A stretch of DNA of 63,394 bases, filler included. It is 7 parts of 7 records of this genome, joined end to end, with 100 filler letters (N's around TTAATTAATTAA, not from the genome) between each part and the next. Parts side by side here need not be neighbours in the genome. Positions count along the whole stretch, not along the records: positions 40,401 to 45,649 come from SRR20825010_68; positions 45,750 to 59,274 come from SRR20825010_69; 5 more parts are not named here. One strand, written 5' to 3'. The position numbers and the translations under genes were made by a program. The notes below the pieces were generated by a model. The model did no database searches. It saw nothing but the letters and a program-made list of their open reading frames with translations, and had not been told where the DNA came from. Each line of letters opens with the position of its first letter. Position 1 is the first letter of the stretch. This document shows, piece by piece, positions 40,644-50,579 of this stretch.

Positions 40644-41348
40644 CTATTGATTCTGTTGTGAAATGTAGTTTTTCCACCCGCGCATGCGCAAATCGCAGGC
40701 TGGGCATTCCCCGCAACCAAAACCCCAATCGTGTTCGTGTGTTCGATCGCCTGTGTAACAGGTGTGGGTGTCGCGAACAATAATTTCAAGCAATTTCTTG
40801 CCGCCCAATTGTTCGCCAAGCTGAAATGTTTCTGTTTTGTCGATCCACATTAGTGGTGTTTCAAAGCGGAAGGTGCTGGCCATACCCAGGTTGGTGGCCA
40901 CCTGAAGGGCTTTTAATGTGTCTTCGCGGCAATCCGGGTAGCCAGAAAAATCAGTTTGGCACATGCCGCCCACCAGGGTGGACAATCCCCGGCGATACGC
41001 AACCGCAGATGCAATCAGGAAGAACACCAAATTGCGGCCCGGCACGAATGTATTGGGCAGGCCGGTTTCATTCAATTCGATTTCTCGATCTTCAGTCAGC
41101 GCACAATCGGATATTTGCCCCAGCCAGCTGAGATCAATCACGCGGTCTTCGCCCAGCTTGTGTGTCCATTGGGGAAACTGTTCGCGCACCCTTTCCAGCA
41201 CTGTTAGCCTGCATTCCAGTTCAATGCGATGGCGTTGGCCATAGTCAAACCCGATGGTTTCAACATGGTCAAATTTGGACAAGGCCCATGCCAGGCAAAC
41301 GGTGCTGTCTTGTCCGCCAGAAAACAGCACTAGTGCTTTTCTATTCAT
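40644..41348 (-). CDS. queC: 7-cyano-7-deazaguanine synthase
   Basis: [30 protein letters not shown] and CGECPAC motifs. Confidence 0.97.
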   Translation of the reverse strand: MNRKALVLFSGGQDSTVCLAWALSKFDHVETIGFDYGQRHRIELECRLTVLERVREQFPQWTHKLGEDRVIDLSWLGQISDCALTEDREIELNETGLPNTFVPGRNLVFFLIASAVAYRRGLSTLVGGMCQTDFSGYPDCREDTLKALQVATNLGMASTFRFETPLMWIDKTETFQLGEQLGGKKLLEIIVRDTHTCYTGDRTHEHDWGFGCGECPACDLRMRGWKNYISQQNQ

Positions 41349-41395
41349 GATTGGTGCGAAAAAATGCAGTAAAACGCTATTTTAGCCTTACAAAC

Positions 41396-41422
41396 AAAAA
41401 ACCCCGCCGTGTTGCGGGGTTT
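41396..41422 (-). terminator. Rho-independent terminator after LuxR gene
   Basis: AAAAAACCCCGC-CGTGTT-GCGGGGTTT. Confidence 0.75.
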
Positions 41423-41446
41423 CTCGTGGAAGTAAGCGGTGCCGGC

Positions 41447-42181
41447 TTAGTTGGCAATGCCCGCTGAAATGGCGTATTTCACCAGCTGAACGCTGGAATC
41501 CAGGTTCAGTTTTTGCAGCAAGCGGGCGCGGTAGGCGTCGATGGTGCGTGGTGACACTTTTAAAAGCTCGGCGATTTCGCGACGCGGACGGCCTTGGGCA
41601 ATCAAGGTCAATACCTGTCGTTCACGGCGAGTCAGTTGGGCGCCTTCGTCTTGCTCGGCCAGGGTTTGCATCTGGCTGCTTTGTTCTTGGCGGTCGTGTA
41701 GCGATGTGCCGGAATACATGCGGTTGCTGACCAGCTCAGGCGCAACATAGCGATTGCCGGTAGCAACAGTGTCGATGGCTTCGCGCAGTGTTTCTACGGA
41801 GGACTGTCGGCTTACGCAGGCCCAAACCCCGGGTTTGAAGGCCATGGCCAAAATATCTTGTGCGGTTCCTTCGCACACCAGCACCACGCGCACGTCGGAA
41901 TAACTGGCGCCGATGTGTTGCACCACGGTTTCGCCGTGTTTGTTGCCTTTTTCGATGGTAATGACCACGATCCGGGTCTCGGCGCTTGCCAGGTGGTTGT
42001 CGATTTCTTCCAGTGTAGTGCGGTTGGTGACAAACATTGGTTGAAGGCTGACTGTTCTGCCGGGGGTTTGTGTGTTTAACCCGGAGTCACGGGGCGTTGA
42101 TGGTCTGCCGGTCAAGCCCTTGTCATTTTTCATAGTCCCGCCTATGTGTGGCTGGCTTGGCCAGCTCGGAATTAAGGTCAT
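41447..42181 (-). CDS. LuxR/NarL-family regulator with degenerate receiver domain
   Basis: HTH LTRRERQVLTLIAQG...EIAELLKVSPRTIDAYRARLLQKL. The receiver lacks the phospho-Asp. Start is uncertain. Confidence 0.88.
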   Translation of the reverse strand: MTLIPSWPSQPHIGGTMKNDKGLTGRPSTPRDSGLNTQTPGRTVSLQPMFVTNRTTLEEIDNHLASAETRIVVITIEKGNKHGETVVQHIGASYSDVRVVLVCEGTAQDILAMAFKPGVWACVSRQSSVETLREAIDTVATGNRYVAPELVSNRMYSGTSLHDRQEQSSQMQTLAEQDEGAQLTRRERQVLTLIAQGRPRREIAELLKVSPRTIDAYRARLLQKLNLDSSVQLVKYAISAGIAN

Positions 42182-42548
42182 GTACGCCCCGCTGTTGGTA
42201 TCGATTCGGTTGATGCTATGAAGGTTTGTACTTCACCCCTAAAAAATTGGATTCAATTGGATGTAGGTAAATTCGGGCGGGTTAATCACAATGCGGGGGA
42301 GGTGATTTTTTAGCGATCTATGTAAGCAAATAGACATTATTGGTACTGTTCGGATGTCAGAACTTTTGCTAGTATCCCTAGACTAGGTGATACTTAGGAG
42401 TTACATCCCCTTAACAGGGTGACCCTATTCAGTGGTTTGAACAGTAAAACTCGGCCTTTTTGATGAAACCAAAGTTCAGCTCAACTGTAAATTAACAGTA
42501 TCAGAACGTATCAAAAACACGGATTACTTCATCTCGGGGACAAGCAGG

Positions 42549-43184
42549 TTGAGAGAAGAACTCGCTTCTTTAATTGAACGAATTGCAAATCGCGATCGAA
42601 AGGCGTTTGAGGAGTTGTATCAACTCACGTCCCGAAAGATGTTTGCAGTGGCGTTGCGCATTGTTCGAGAGCCCGGAATGGCTCAGGATGTGCTGCAAGA
42701 TGCCTATATCCGCCTGTGGCGATATGCTCATACATTCAACAATAAACTTTCTGCCCCCGAAACATGGTTGCACCAAGTGGTTCGAAACAGGGCGCTTGAC
42801 CTGATTGCCCAACACAGCCACACGGTGAATTCAATTTCTCTTGACCAGTTTTCTGATCAGGATGATGAACCCAATGAATTGGTTTTTGAAGCCCACTCGG
42901 TGAGCAGTGATGATAAGGAAACCAGCCGGGTCATGCAGGCATGTGTTCAGCGCCTGGACGGCAAGTACCGGCAGGTTCTTACTTTGGCATACACGCACGG
43001 CATGAGCCATGCGGAAATTTCCGATCATCTGGATGTACCTCTGGGTACTGTGAAAACCTGGGTTCGTCGTGGTTTGATTGAATTGAAAACGGTGTACGAC
43101 GAATTTCAGACGGAAGGTTTGGCCACGCTTGCGGCGAACAACACCCGCCGGCAAGACGCCGAACAATCTGGATATATGGCGTAG
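42549..43184 (+). CDS. ECF sigma factor (SigK-like)
   Basis: AQDVLQDAYIRLW, TWLHQVVRNRALD and MSHAEISDHLDVPLGTVKTWVRRG motifs. Confidence 0.94.
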   Translation: MREELASLIERIANRDRKAFEELYQLTSRKMFAVALRIVREPGMAQDVLQDAYIRLWRYAHTFNNKLSAPETWLHQVVRNRALDLIAQHSHTVNSISLDQFSDQDDEPNELVFEAHSVSSDDKETSRVMQACVQRLDGKYRQVLTLAYTHGMSHAEISDHLDVPLGTVKTWVRRGLIELKTVYDEFQTEGLATLAANNTRRQDAEQSGYMA

Positions 43185-43194
43185 GAGAGACCCA

Positions 43195-43611
43195 ATGACT
43201 GACGATGAAAAAAACTGGCTGGCAGCTGACTATGTGCTGGGTGTCATGCGCGGCACAGAACGCACTGCTTTCGAGGGGCAATTGAAGCTTGATCCGGTTT
43301 TGGCCAAGTCGGTGTTGAACTGGCAGGAAAGGTTGAGCCTGATCGATACCAAGCCGCAGGTGTTGTACCCCACGATGTCGGAATCTGAAGTGGATGCTGC
43401 ATTGAGCAATGTATTTGATCGTGTGTGCAAAGCCATTGATGCCCAAGCGGACGTTAAAAGCAGGCTTGACAACCCCTTGGCGAAGATGACGCGTGAACAG
43501 TTGGCGGGTATGCGCCCAGCGGTGGTGCGTTTGATTGCTTCTTATCTGGTATTGCTTGAAAGACTGAAAGCGCAGCAGTTGCGCATGGCCGGTTCGGCTG
43601 GCGCTGTGTAA
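43195..43611 (+). CDS. Short anti-sigma-like protein (RskA N-terminal domain only)
   Basis: AGGAG SD, then LAADYVLG....ERTAFE..L..DP......WQERL. No TM segment or C-terminal sensor. Confidence 0.75.
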   Translation: MTDDEKNWLAADYVLGVMRGTERTAFEGQLKLDPVLAKSVLNWQERLSLIDTKPQVLYPTMSESEVDAALSNVFDRVCKAIDAQADVKSRLDNPLAKMTREQLAGMRPAVVRLIASYLVLLERLKAQQLRMAGSAGAV

Positions 43612-43625
43612 CCTGGGAACTCGCA

Positions 43626-45560
43626 ATGTCGGTTAAATATTTGTTCAAAGAAAGACTGGAAGCACTTTGGAACTTTGGTTTGAAGTCCGAGCGTTCGGGC
43701 GATGACAAAGCGGGTCAGGCGAGCATTGAGCCCAACCAATCCAAAACTGTTGAAGGTGTCATTCGAAACGCGCTTCCCTTGCTCAAGCGTGCTGCACTGC
43801 TGTCGATATTCGTCAACCTTGTTGCGCTGTTTCCTGCGGTGTTTTCCCTTCAGGTCTATGACCGGGTTATCTACCGTTCAGGCCTGAATACGCTGACCGC
43901 CTTGTTGATCGGCATGGGTATTTTGTTGGCGGCAGATTTGATTTTGCGTTCATTTCGGGCCCGTGTGTTGCGCGTGTCGGCAGTAAAAATTGATGGCCAG
44001 ATCGCCAGCAAACTGATGAACAAAATATTGTCCATTCCCTTGCGGCAACTTGAGGCGCGTTCCACTGCGGCCTGGTATTCCTTGTTTAAAGACGTGGACA
44101 CCGTGCGCGTGGTGTGGAGCGGCGCGGTGGCCATGACCATTCTCGATTTGCCATTCGCTATTTTGGCCATCGGTCTGATTGCCACCATCGCTTTGCCTGT
44201 GCTGCCTGTGCTGCCTGTGGTGTTGATTGGTTTGATGTGCCTGGCGGGTTTGTCTTGGTACAGTTCGGGTGAATTCCGCAAGCGCCGTGTTGAAGAATTC
44301 TCGCGCGCACGCCGCCGTGACGAAGTGTTGGCCGAAGTGTGCCGTGGCCGTGAGGCCATCAAAAGCCTGGTGCAAGATGATTCTGCCAAGCGGGCCTGGG
44401 TGTCCAGCTACAACTCCTGGGTTCAGGAATCGTTTCAGAAAAACGGTGAAATGGAAGACCAGCGCGAACTGTCCATTTCCATCATGTTGTGCGTGAACGT
44501 GGCCATTACTGCAGTGGGTGCGTATGCCGTGATCAACCAGTGGATGACCGTGGGTGGTTTGATTGCATCGAACATGCTTGCGGCCAAGGCCATTGGCCCG
44601 TTGGCTGCATTGACTGGCCATTGGCGATCGATTGCCCATTCCCGCGAGGCCACTGATCGCCTTAACAAAGTGTTTGCGGCGGATGAAGAAAAGCAGCACA
44701 CCGGTTTGAATCTTCCAATGCCCTCTGGCGCACTGCGACTTGAAAATGTGAGCTACCAACACGTGGGCGCGCAAAAAGAAGTGGTGAAATCTGTTTCTGC
44801 CCAAATTGGTCCCCGCGGAATTTATGGTTTGGCGGGTGATAACGGTGCGGGCAAATCGACGTTGCTGAAATTGTTGCGCGGCCTGTATGAACCGCAGGGC
44901 GGCAGGGTGCTGTTGGACGAATATGATTTGTCGCAGTTTTCCCGGCAGGAGCTTGCAAAATGGATCGGCTTTTTGCCACAAACATCGCAGTTGTTCGAAG
45001 GCACTATCGTTGAGAATCTGCGCCGGTCTAACCCGGATGCTAGTGACGAGCAGATTCTTCTTGCGGCCAAGCGTTCCGGCGCGCATGAATTCATCGCGAA
45101 AATGCCCGATGGTTACATGACGCAGGTGGGCGAAGGCGGCAACCGTTTGTCGGGTGGCCAGCGCCGCCGCGTGGCCATTACCCAAGCTTTCTTGTCGGAT
45201 GCGCCGGTGTTGTTGCTCGACGAGCCCACGAACGATTTGGACTTCGCGGCCGAAACACACCTGATGGCGGTTTTCAAAAGCCTGGCCACGGTGAAAACCA
45301 TCATCATGGTGACGCACTCGGTTCGCTTGATGTCGATTTGCGACAAAATTATATATTTGGACAAGGCGTCCAAGCTGCATGTTGGGTCAACGCCTGAAAT
45401 GTTGAAGTTGCTGTACGGTATTTCGGTTCCGAAACCTGTTCCTGCTGCTCCCAAAGCGACTTCGCAGCTTGGCGCAACCGACACCGTAAAACCCCTTGGC
45501 ACAGTGGGTGCGGAAGGCCAGATCAATTCTGATGTAGGCGGCAAAGCCGCCCAAGCCTGA
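43626..45560 (+). CDS. Type I secretion system ABC permease/ATPase
   Basis: FSLQVYDRV, ILDLPF, GDNGAGKS, LSGGQ and LLLDEPT motifs. No C39 domain is evident. Confidence 0.93.
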   Translation: MSVKYLFKERLEALWNFGLKSERSGDDKAGQASIEPNQSKTVEGVIRNALPLLKRAALLSIFVNLVALFPAVFSLQVYDRVIYRSGLNTLTALLIGMGILLAADLILRSFRARVLRVSAVKIDGQIASKLMNKILSIPLRQLEARSTAAWYSLFKDVDTVRVVWSGAVAMTILDLPFAILAIGLIATIALPVLPVLPVVLIGLMCLAGLSWYSSGEFRKRRVEEFSRARRRDEVLAEVCRGREAIKSLVQDDSAKRAWVSSYNSWVQESFQKNGEMEDQRELSISIMLCVNVAITAVGAYAVINQWMTVGGLIASNMLAAKAIGPLAALTGHWRSIAHSREATDRLNKVFAADEEKQHTGLNLPMPSGALRLENVSYQHVGAQKEVVKSVSAQIGPRGIYGLAGDNGAGKSTLLKLLRGLYEPQGGRVLLDEYDLSQFSRQELAKWIGFLPQTSQLFEGTIVENLRRSNPDASDEQILLAAKRSGAHEFIAKMPDGYMTQVGEGGNRLSGGQRRRVAITQAFLSDAPVLLLDEPTNDLDFAAETHLMAVFKSLATVKTIIMVTHSVRLMSICDKIIYLDKASKLHVGSTPEMLKLLYGISVPKPVPAAPKATSQLGATDTVKPLGTVGAEGQINSDVGGKAAQA

Positions 45561-45649
45561 TGAGCGAGGGCAGGGAAATCATGAAGCCAAACAATGCCTT
45601 GACCGAAGTGGGTAAAAACGACCCAGTGCCTTATGAGTTGCCCGCGCTG
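45560..45649 (+). CDS. 5' fragment of next operon gene (probably HlyD-type adaptor)
   Basis: ATG overlaps the ABC stop (TGATG) and the frame is open to the contig end. Identity is inferred from context only. Confidence 0.45.
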
Positions 45650-45749
45650 NNNNNNNNNNNNNNNNNNNNNNNNNNNNNNNNNNNNNNNNNNNNTTAATTA
45701 ATTAANNNNNNNNNNNNNNNNNNNNNNNNNNNNNNNNNNNNNNNNNNNN
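45650..45749. other. Artificial contig linker
   Basis: N44-TTAATTAATTAA-N44. Confidence 0.99.
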
Positions 45750-46085
45750 GCTTTACCCTTGGCAACAGTTGCAGGAACGGCAGTTGTAGTTGCAACAAGT
45801 ACAGATTTAAGCCCTGTAATAACGTGGGCATTGGCTATAATTGCTGGTGGCGGAACTGCGGCTGCAATAAAAGGGAATGTTTCAGCTGCGCGACTCACAT
45901 CAACCGCAACAACAGGCGGAATCGCGAACCCAGTTATAAGTACAGTAGAAACTGGCACCTCAATAGTTATGGCATTTGCCTCTATATTTGTTCCAGTTAT
46001 AGCATTTTTGTTAGTCATTTTTCTGTTTTTTGTGATATTTAGATTTTACAAAAAGCTTCGGAAAAAAAGATTGCCAAGAAATTAA
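45750..46085 (+). CDS. DUF4126 membrane protein, 3' part
   Basis: [19 protein letters not shown] and [19 protein letters not shown] motifs. Confidence 0.85.
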   Translation, partial: ALPLATVAGTAVVVATSTDLSPVITWALAIIAGGGTAAAIKGNVSAARLTSTATTGGIANPVISTVETGTSIVMAFASIFVPVIAFLLVIFLFFVIFRFYKKLRKKRLPRN

Positions 46086-46120
46086 TCTTCTTATTTTTGA
46101 ATTCATCTAAAAAAAACGAC

Positions 46121-47956
46121 TTGAAAATAATAGCAATGATACCCGCGCGTTATGGCGCGTCTCGATTTCCTGGAAAATTAATGCAGGATTTAGCAGGAAA
46201 ACCTGTAATAGTACGAACTTATGAAGCCGCAAAAGCCACCAACCTTTTTGATGAAGTATATGTAGTAACTGATAGTGAAGTAATTTTTCAAGAAATAGAA
46301 CTGAACGGTGGAAAAGCAATCATGAGCCTAAAAGAACATGATTGTGGGAGTGATCGTATTGCGGAAGCTGTTGAAAACATGGATGTAGATATAGTGGTAA
46401 ATGTTCAAGGAGACGAACCATTTACAAGTCGCGAAGGTTTGGAAAAAGTTTTGGCAGTTTTTAATGAACCAGATGCTGAAAAGATAGATCTAGCTTCTTT
46501 AATGGCCGAAATTCACGATTGGAAAGAAATAAACGACCCAAATACTGTTAAGGTAATTGTTGATAAAGATAATTTTGCGTTATACTTTTCACGTTCTCCA
46601 ATTCCGTATCCACGGGATAAAAACGTAGCACTTCAATATTATAAACACAAAGGAATTTACGCTTTTAGGAAGCAAGCGATTATGGATTTTTACCGCTTGC
46701 CAATGCGTTCATTAGAAGCAGTTGAAAAAATTGAATGCATTCGTTATTTAGAATATGGCAAAAATATAAAGATGGCAATTTCTAACACAACGGGAGTGGA
46801 GATTGATACTCCAGAAGATCTTGCAAAAGCGAATGAAATATTAAAAGCCCAAAACACACCCAGCAATACAGTAAATAATAAATTTCGGAATTTTCCAATG
46901 GTGCCAAAAGTAGTTTTTGGTGAAGGGTGTTTCAATCAGCTTTCATCGATTCTTTCTTCACAGGCTAAGGAAAAAGCTCCCTTTATATTTTTGGTAGATG
47001 ATGTTTTTGAGGGAAATACTGAATTTATTGATAGAATTAAAATTCGTTTTAATGATAAGTTGATATTTATTTCAGCAAATGAAGAACCAAGAACCTCTCA
47101 AGTAGATGCTTTGGTTAAAAGTATAAAAGCAGAATTTACTACTTTACCTTCAGGAATTATTGGTATTGGTGGCGGAACGGTTATGGATTTGGCAAAAGCA
47201 ACGGCTATAATGCTAAATAATAAAGGTGGCGCAGCTGATTATCAAGGTTGGGATTTAGTAAAACAAAAAGCGGTGTATCACGTAGGTATTCCTACAATTT
47301 CTGGTACTGGTGCCGAAGTTTCTCGAACTACTGTTTTAACGGGACCTATTCGTAAACTTGGTATTAACAGTGACTTCACACCATTTGATCAAGTTATTCT
47401 TGACCCAGAATTAACAAAAGGGGTTTCAAAAAATCAGTGGTTTTTCACCGGGATGGATTGTTTTATTCATTGCGTAGAATCATTAAATGGTACTTTTTTG
47501 AATGCTTTCAGTCAGAGTTATGGCGAAAAAGCATACGACCTTTGTATGGAAATTTTCTTAGACGATTCCCTTACTGAAGAAGAATCACGTGCCAAATTAA
47601 TGATGGCTTCATGGCATGGCGGAATGAGTATTGCCTACTCGCAAGTGGGGGTTGCACACGCTATGAGTTATGGATTGGGTTACGTATTAGGCACGAAACA
47701 CGGTGTGGGCAATTGTATTGTTTTTCAGCATTTGGAAGAATTTTATCCTAAAGATGTGGCGTTATTTAAAAAAATGGTGTTAAAACACAATATTGAAATT
47801 CCACAAGAAATTTGTAAAAACCTTTCAGAAGAACAGATGGATACCATGATTGGTGTTGCATTAGGCATGGTTCCATTATGGGAAAATGCACTCGGGGAAA
47901 ACTGGAAATCAATTATAACACACGAAAAGCTAAAGCAGCTATATCTAAAAATGTAG
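46121..47956 (+). CDS. kdsB: Fused CMP-Kdo synthetase (KdsB) and Kdo 8-oxidase (KdnB-like, Fe-ADH family)
   Basis: N-half: [46 protein letters not shown]-half from about 46883: [55 protein letters not shown], as in Shewanella KdnB. Single reading frame. Confidence 0.9.
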   Translation: MKIIAMIPARYGASRFPGKLMQDLAGKPVIVRTYEAAKATNLFDEVYVVTDSEVIFQEIELNGGKAIMSLKEHDCGSDRIAEAVENMDVDIVVNVQGDEPFTSREGLEKVLAVFNEPDAEKIDLASLMAEIHDWKEINDPNTVKVIVDKDNFALYFSRSPIPYPRDKNVALQYYKHKGIYAFRKQAIMDFYRLPMRSLEAVEKIECIRYLEYGKNIKMAISNTTGVEIDTPEDLAKANEILKAQNTPSNTVNNKFRNFPMVPKVVFGEGCFNQLSSILSSQAKEKAPFIFLVDDVFEGNTEFIDRIKIRFNDKLIFISANEEPRTSQVDALVKSIKAEFTTLPSGIIGIGGGTVMDLAKATAIMLNNKGGAADYQGWDLVKQKAVYHVGIPTISGTGAEVSRTTVLTGPIRKLGINSDFTPFDQVILDPELTKGVSKNQWFFTGMDCFIHCVESLNGTFLNAFSQSYGEKAYDLCMEIFLDDSLTEEESRAKLMMASWHGGMSIAYSQVGVAHAMSYGLGYVLGTKHGVGNCIVFQHLEEFYPKDVALFKKMVLKHNIEIPQEICKNLSEEQMDTMIGVALGMVPLWENALGENWKSIITHEKLKQLYLKM

Positions 47957-47976
47957 TTTAATAGCTATTCAAGTTT

Positions 47977-48513
47977 ATGGGAATTGTAAAATTTGTTTTT
48001 GAAAAATTGATGGGCTGGAAAATTGACGGCTCTTTTAATCCAGTTGTTAAAAAAGCTGTCATTATTGTAGTGCCACATACCAGCTGGCACGATTTTTATC
48101 TTGGATTATTTACACGTAGATTAACTAAAACTAAGATTAATTATATCGCAAAAAAGGAATTGTTTAAATGGCCTTTTGGTTGGTATTTTCGTTGGACTGG
48201 TGGAGAGAAACTTGACCGAACACCAGGGCAGAATAAGGTAGAAGCTATTGCAGAAATTTTTAAAAATAAAGAAGAATTTCGTTTGGCAATGTCTCCTGAA
48301 GGTACCCGGAAAAAAGTTCTGACATGGAAAACAGGTTTTTATTATATCGCCACTACAGCTAATGTGCCTATTATTTGTGTAGCTTTCGATTATGGTAAAA
48401 AAACGATAAAGATTAATGAAGCTTTTTATCCAACAGGAAATATTGATATAGATACTAAAGTACTTCGCACTTATTTTGATGGTGTAGTTGGAAAAAAATC
48501 TGAATATTCGTAA
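47977..48513 (+). CDS. 1-acyl-sn-glycerol-3-phosphate acyltransferase family
   Basis: PHTSWHD (HX4D) and SPEGTR motifs. Confidence 0.92.
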   Translation: MGIVKFVFEKLMGWKIDGSFNPVVKKAVIIVVPHTSWHDFYLGLFTRRLTKTKINYIAKKELFKWPFGWYFRWTGGEKLDRTPGQNKVEAIAEIFKNKEEFRLAMSPEGTRKKVLTWKTGFYYIATTANVPIICVAFDYGKKTIKINEAFYPTGNIDIDTKVLRTYFDGVVGKKSEYS

Positions 48514-48548
48514 AAAAAATGTCATCCTATTTAAGATGACATTTTTTT
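48512..48548. terminator. Bidirectional terminator
   Basis: AAAAAAAATGTCATC-CTATTTAA-GATGACATTTTTTT between convergent genes. Confidence 0.8.
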
Positions 48549-48562
48549 AAAATTTATAAACT

Positions 48563-49285
48563 TTATTCGTCCGAAGATTCTTCCATGGTATGATATACGT
48601 TTTGAACGTCATCATCTTCTTCAATTTTTTCTAGGAGTTTTTCAACATCGGCGGCTTCTTCTTCAGTAAGTTTTTTTGTAACCTGTGGAATTTGTTCAAA
48701 TCCAGAAGAAAGAATTTCAATTTTATTTTCTTCTAAATAGGATTGGATCGCACCAAAACTTTCAAAAGGAGCATAAATCATAATGCCATCTTCATCTTCA
48801 AAAATTTCCTCCACACCGTGGTCAATCATTTCAAGTTCAAGTTCTTCAATATCCAAGCCTTCAGGGTTAATTCTGAAATTACACGTATGGTCGAACATAA
48901 AGGAAACCGATCCTGAAGTGCCCATACTCCCATCGCATTTATTAAAATAACTACGAATATTAGCTACAGTTCTGGTATTGTTATCAGTAGCAGTTTCTAT
49001 TAAAATAGCAATCCCATGTGGTGCATAACCTTCAAAAAGTACTTCTTTATAATCGCCTAAACTTTTATCGCTTGCACGTTTAATGGCGCGCTCCACGTTG
49101 TCTTTTGGCATGTTTACAGCCTTAGCATTTTGGATAACGGCACGTAATCTTGAGTTTGCATCTGGATCTGGACCGCCTTCTTTAACAGCCATTACAATAT
49201 CTTTTCCAATGCGTGTAAAAGCTTTGGACATTGCAGACCAACGCTTCATTTTTCTTGCTTTTCTGAATTCAAAAGCTCTTCCCAT
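48563..49285 (-). CDS. yebC: YebC/PmpR family protein
   Basis: MGRAFEFRK, NMPKDNVERAI, EGYAPHG and EDDDVQNVYH motifs. Confidence 0.96.
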   Translation of the reverse strand: MGRAFEFRKARKMKRWSAMSKAFTRIGKDIVMAVKEGGPDPDANSRLRAVIQNAKAVNMPKDNVERAIKRASDKSLGDYKEVLFEGYAPHGIAILIETATDNNTRTVANIRSYFNKCDGSMGTSGSVSFMFDHTCNFRINPEGLDIEELELEMIDHGVEEIFEDEDGIMIYAPFESFGAIQSYLEENKIEILSSGFEQIPQVTKKLTEEEAADVEKLLEKIEEDDDVQNVYHTMEESSDE

Positions 49286-49414
49286 ATATTATTGTCTATT
49301 ACTATTTATTATTATCTATTCTTTAAAAGAAGAATCAAATATAAAAAAATCCAAATTCCAAACCCTAAATTATTTGAAATTTGGTGATTGATGCAAGGAG
49401 TTTCTTAGTAATTT

Positions 49415-49696
49415 TTACCCAATCAAGGTATCTATTATCTTTGCAAGCTCAAAATCTTTTTCGGTCACACCATCTGCATCATGCGTTGAAAGATAAATTT
49501 CTAATGAATTATACACATTGCTCCATTCTGGGTGGTGCTGAAGTCTTTCGGCTTCAAATGCAATTCTTGTCATAGCAGAGAATGCTTCCTTAAAATCATC
49601 AAATTCAAAAACGGTATGCAGTGCACCTTCGTGATACCCCCAACCTTCAATTTCTTTTAATTTTTCGTTTATTTCTTTTTCTGATAAAGCTTTCAT
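49415..49696 (-). CDS. phhB: Pterin-4a-carbinolamine dehydratase
   Basis: HHPEWSNVYN and THDADGVTEKD motifs. Confidence 0.94.
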   Translation of the reverse strand: MKALSEKEINEKLKEIEGWGYHEGALHTVFEFDDFKEAFSAMTRIAFEAERLQHHPEWSNVYNSLEIYLSTHDADGVTEKDFELAKIIDTLIG

Positions 49697-49702
49697 AGTT
49701 TT

Positions 49703-50560
49703 TTATTTAATTGATGCAATTTCCTCATTTAGGCTAGATTCTTCAATTACCTGCATCACAGAAATTTGATGTGAACTTGGCAATTTATTTTCCTTCGGAA
49801 GTATCGCGTTATAACTGTCTTCATTCCTTGAAAAAACACTTTTAAAGATAGGCATTTTATCGCCCATTTTTGAAGCAATTTCCCGAAAAAGATCTTCGTG
49901 ATGAACCATATCGGTACTCGCCAAGTGAAAAATTCCACGAAGCGACTTATTAATAATATAGTGAATTTGCTGGCAAACTTTGTTTATTGTGGTTGTTGTA
50001 ATCACCAAATTTGGGAAAACTTCAAAATTTGCATTGTGGCGAATACACTGACGTAGATGAAGTATCTCTGGCGAATTTATACCAAGAACCATTGGTAATC
50101 TTATAATTGTGGTTTGCAGCGGTATTGTTTCTAGCAACAGTTTTTCAATTGAAATTTTAAACCTTCCAGCTGTAGTTTCTGAAACAGTTACATCATTTTC
50201 ATAGGACGGATGCTTTAATTTTCCATCAAATACTTCTGAAGAGGAAATGTATAAAACCGAACAATTTTGATTGAGAAGCGCATAATTTACCAATTGTTGA
50301 TGCGCCTCAAATTGACTTTTATAAACGCCATTTATTGCAGAAATTATTACGGTAGGTTTTAAGGTATTCAATAACAAAAGCATTGAATCTTCTTCAACAC
50401 AGAAATTATAAAATATTTGATTTTCAGAAAAAGCTCCGTGCTGTTTGCAGTATGTACAATGCGTTTCAAAATAGGAGAGGAGTTCTTTATAAAGGGCATT
50501 GCCAATAAAACCGCTGCCACCTAAGATTAAAATACGCTGTTTTTCTTCCTTCTTCGTCAT
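49703..50560 (-). CDS. RmlD-like NAD(P)-dependent sugar-nucleotide reductase
   Basis: ILGGSGFIG, YISSSEVFDG and GIFHLAS motifs. Confidence 0.85.
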   Translation of the reverse strand: MTKKEEKQRILILGGSGFIGNALYKELLSYFETHCTYCKQHGAFSENQIFYNFCVEEDSMLLLLNTLKPTVIISAINGVYKSQFEAHQQLVNYALLNQNCSVLYISSSEVFDGKLKHPSYENDVTVSETTAGRFKISIEKLLLETIPLQTTIIRLPMVLGINSPEILHLRQCIRHNANFEVFPNLVITTTTINKVCQQIHYIINKSLRGIFHLASTDMVHHEDLFREIASKMGDKMPIFKSVFSRNEDSYNAILPKENKLPSSHQISVMQVIEESSLNEEIASIK

Positions 50561-50579
50561 TAATCTCTTTCTTGATTTC

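Noticed and set aside
42466-42490. AAACC...TGTA as an ECF promoter for the betaproteobacterial sigma operon
   Set aside because: Spacer of 15 nt, no CGT core, and no second copy to support it.
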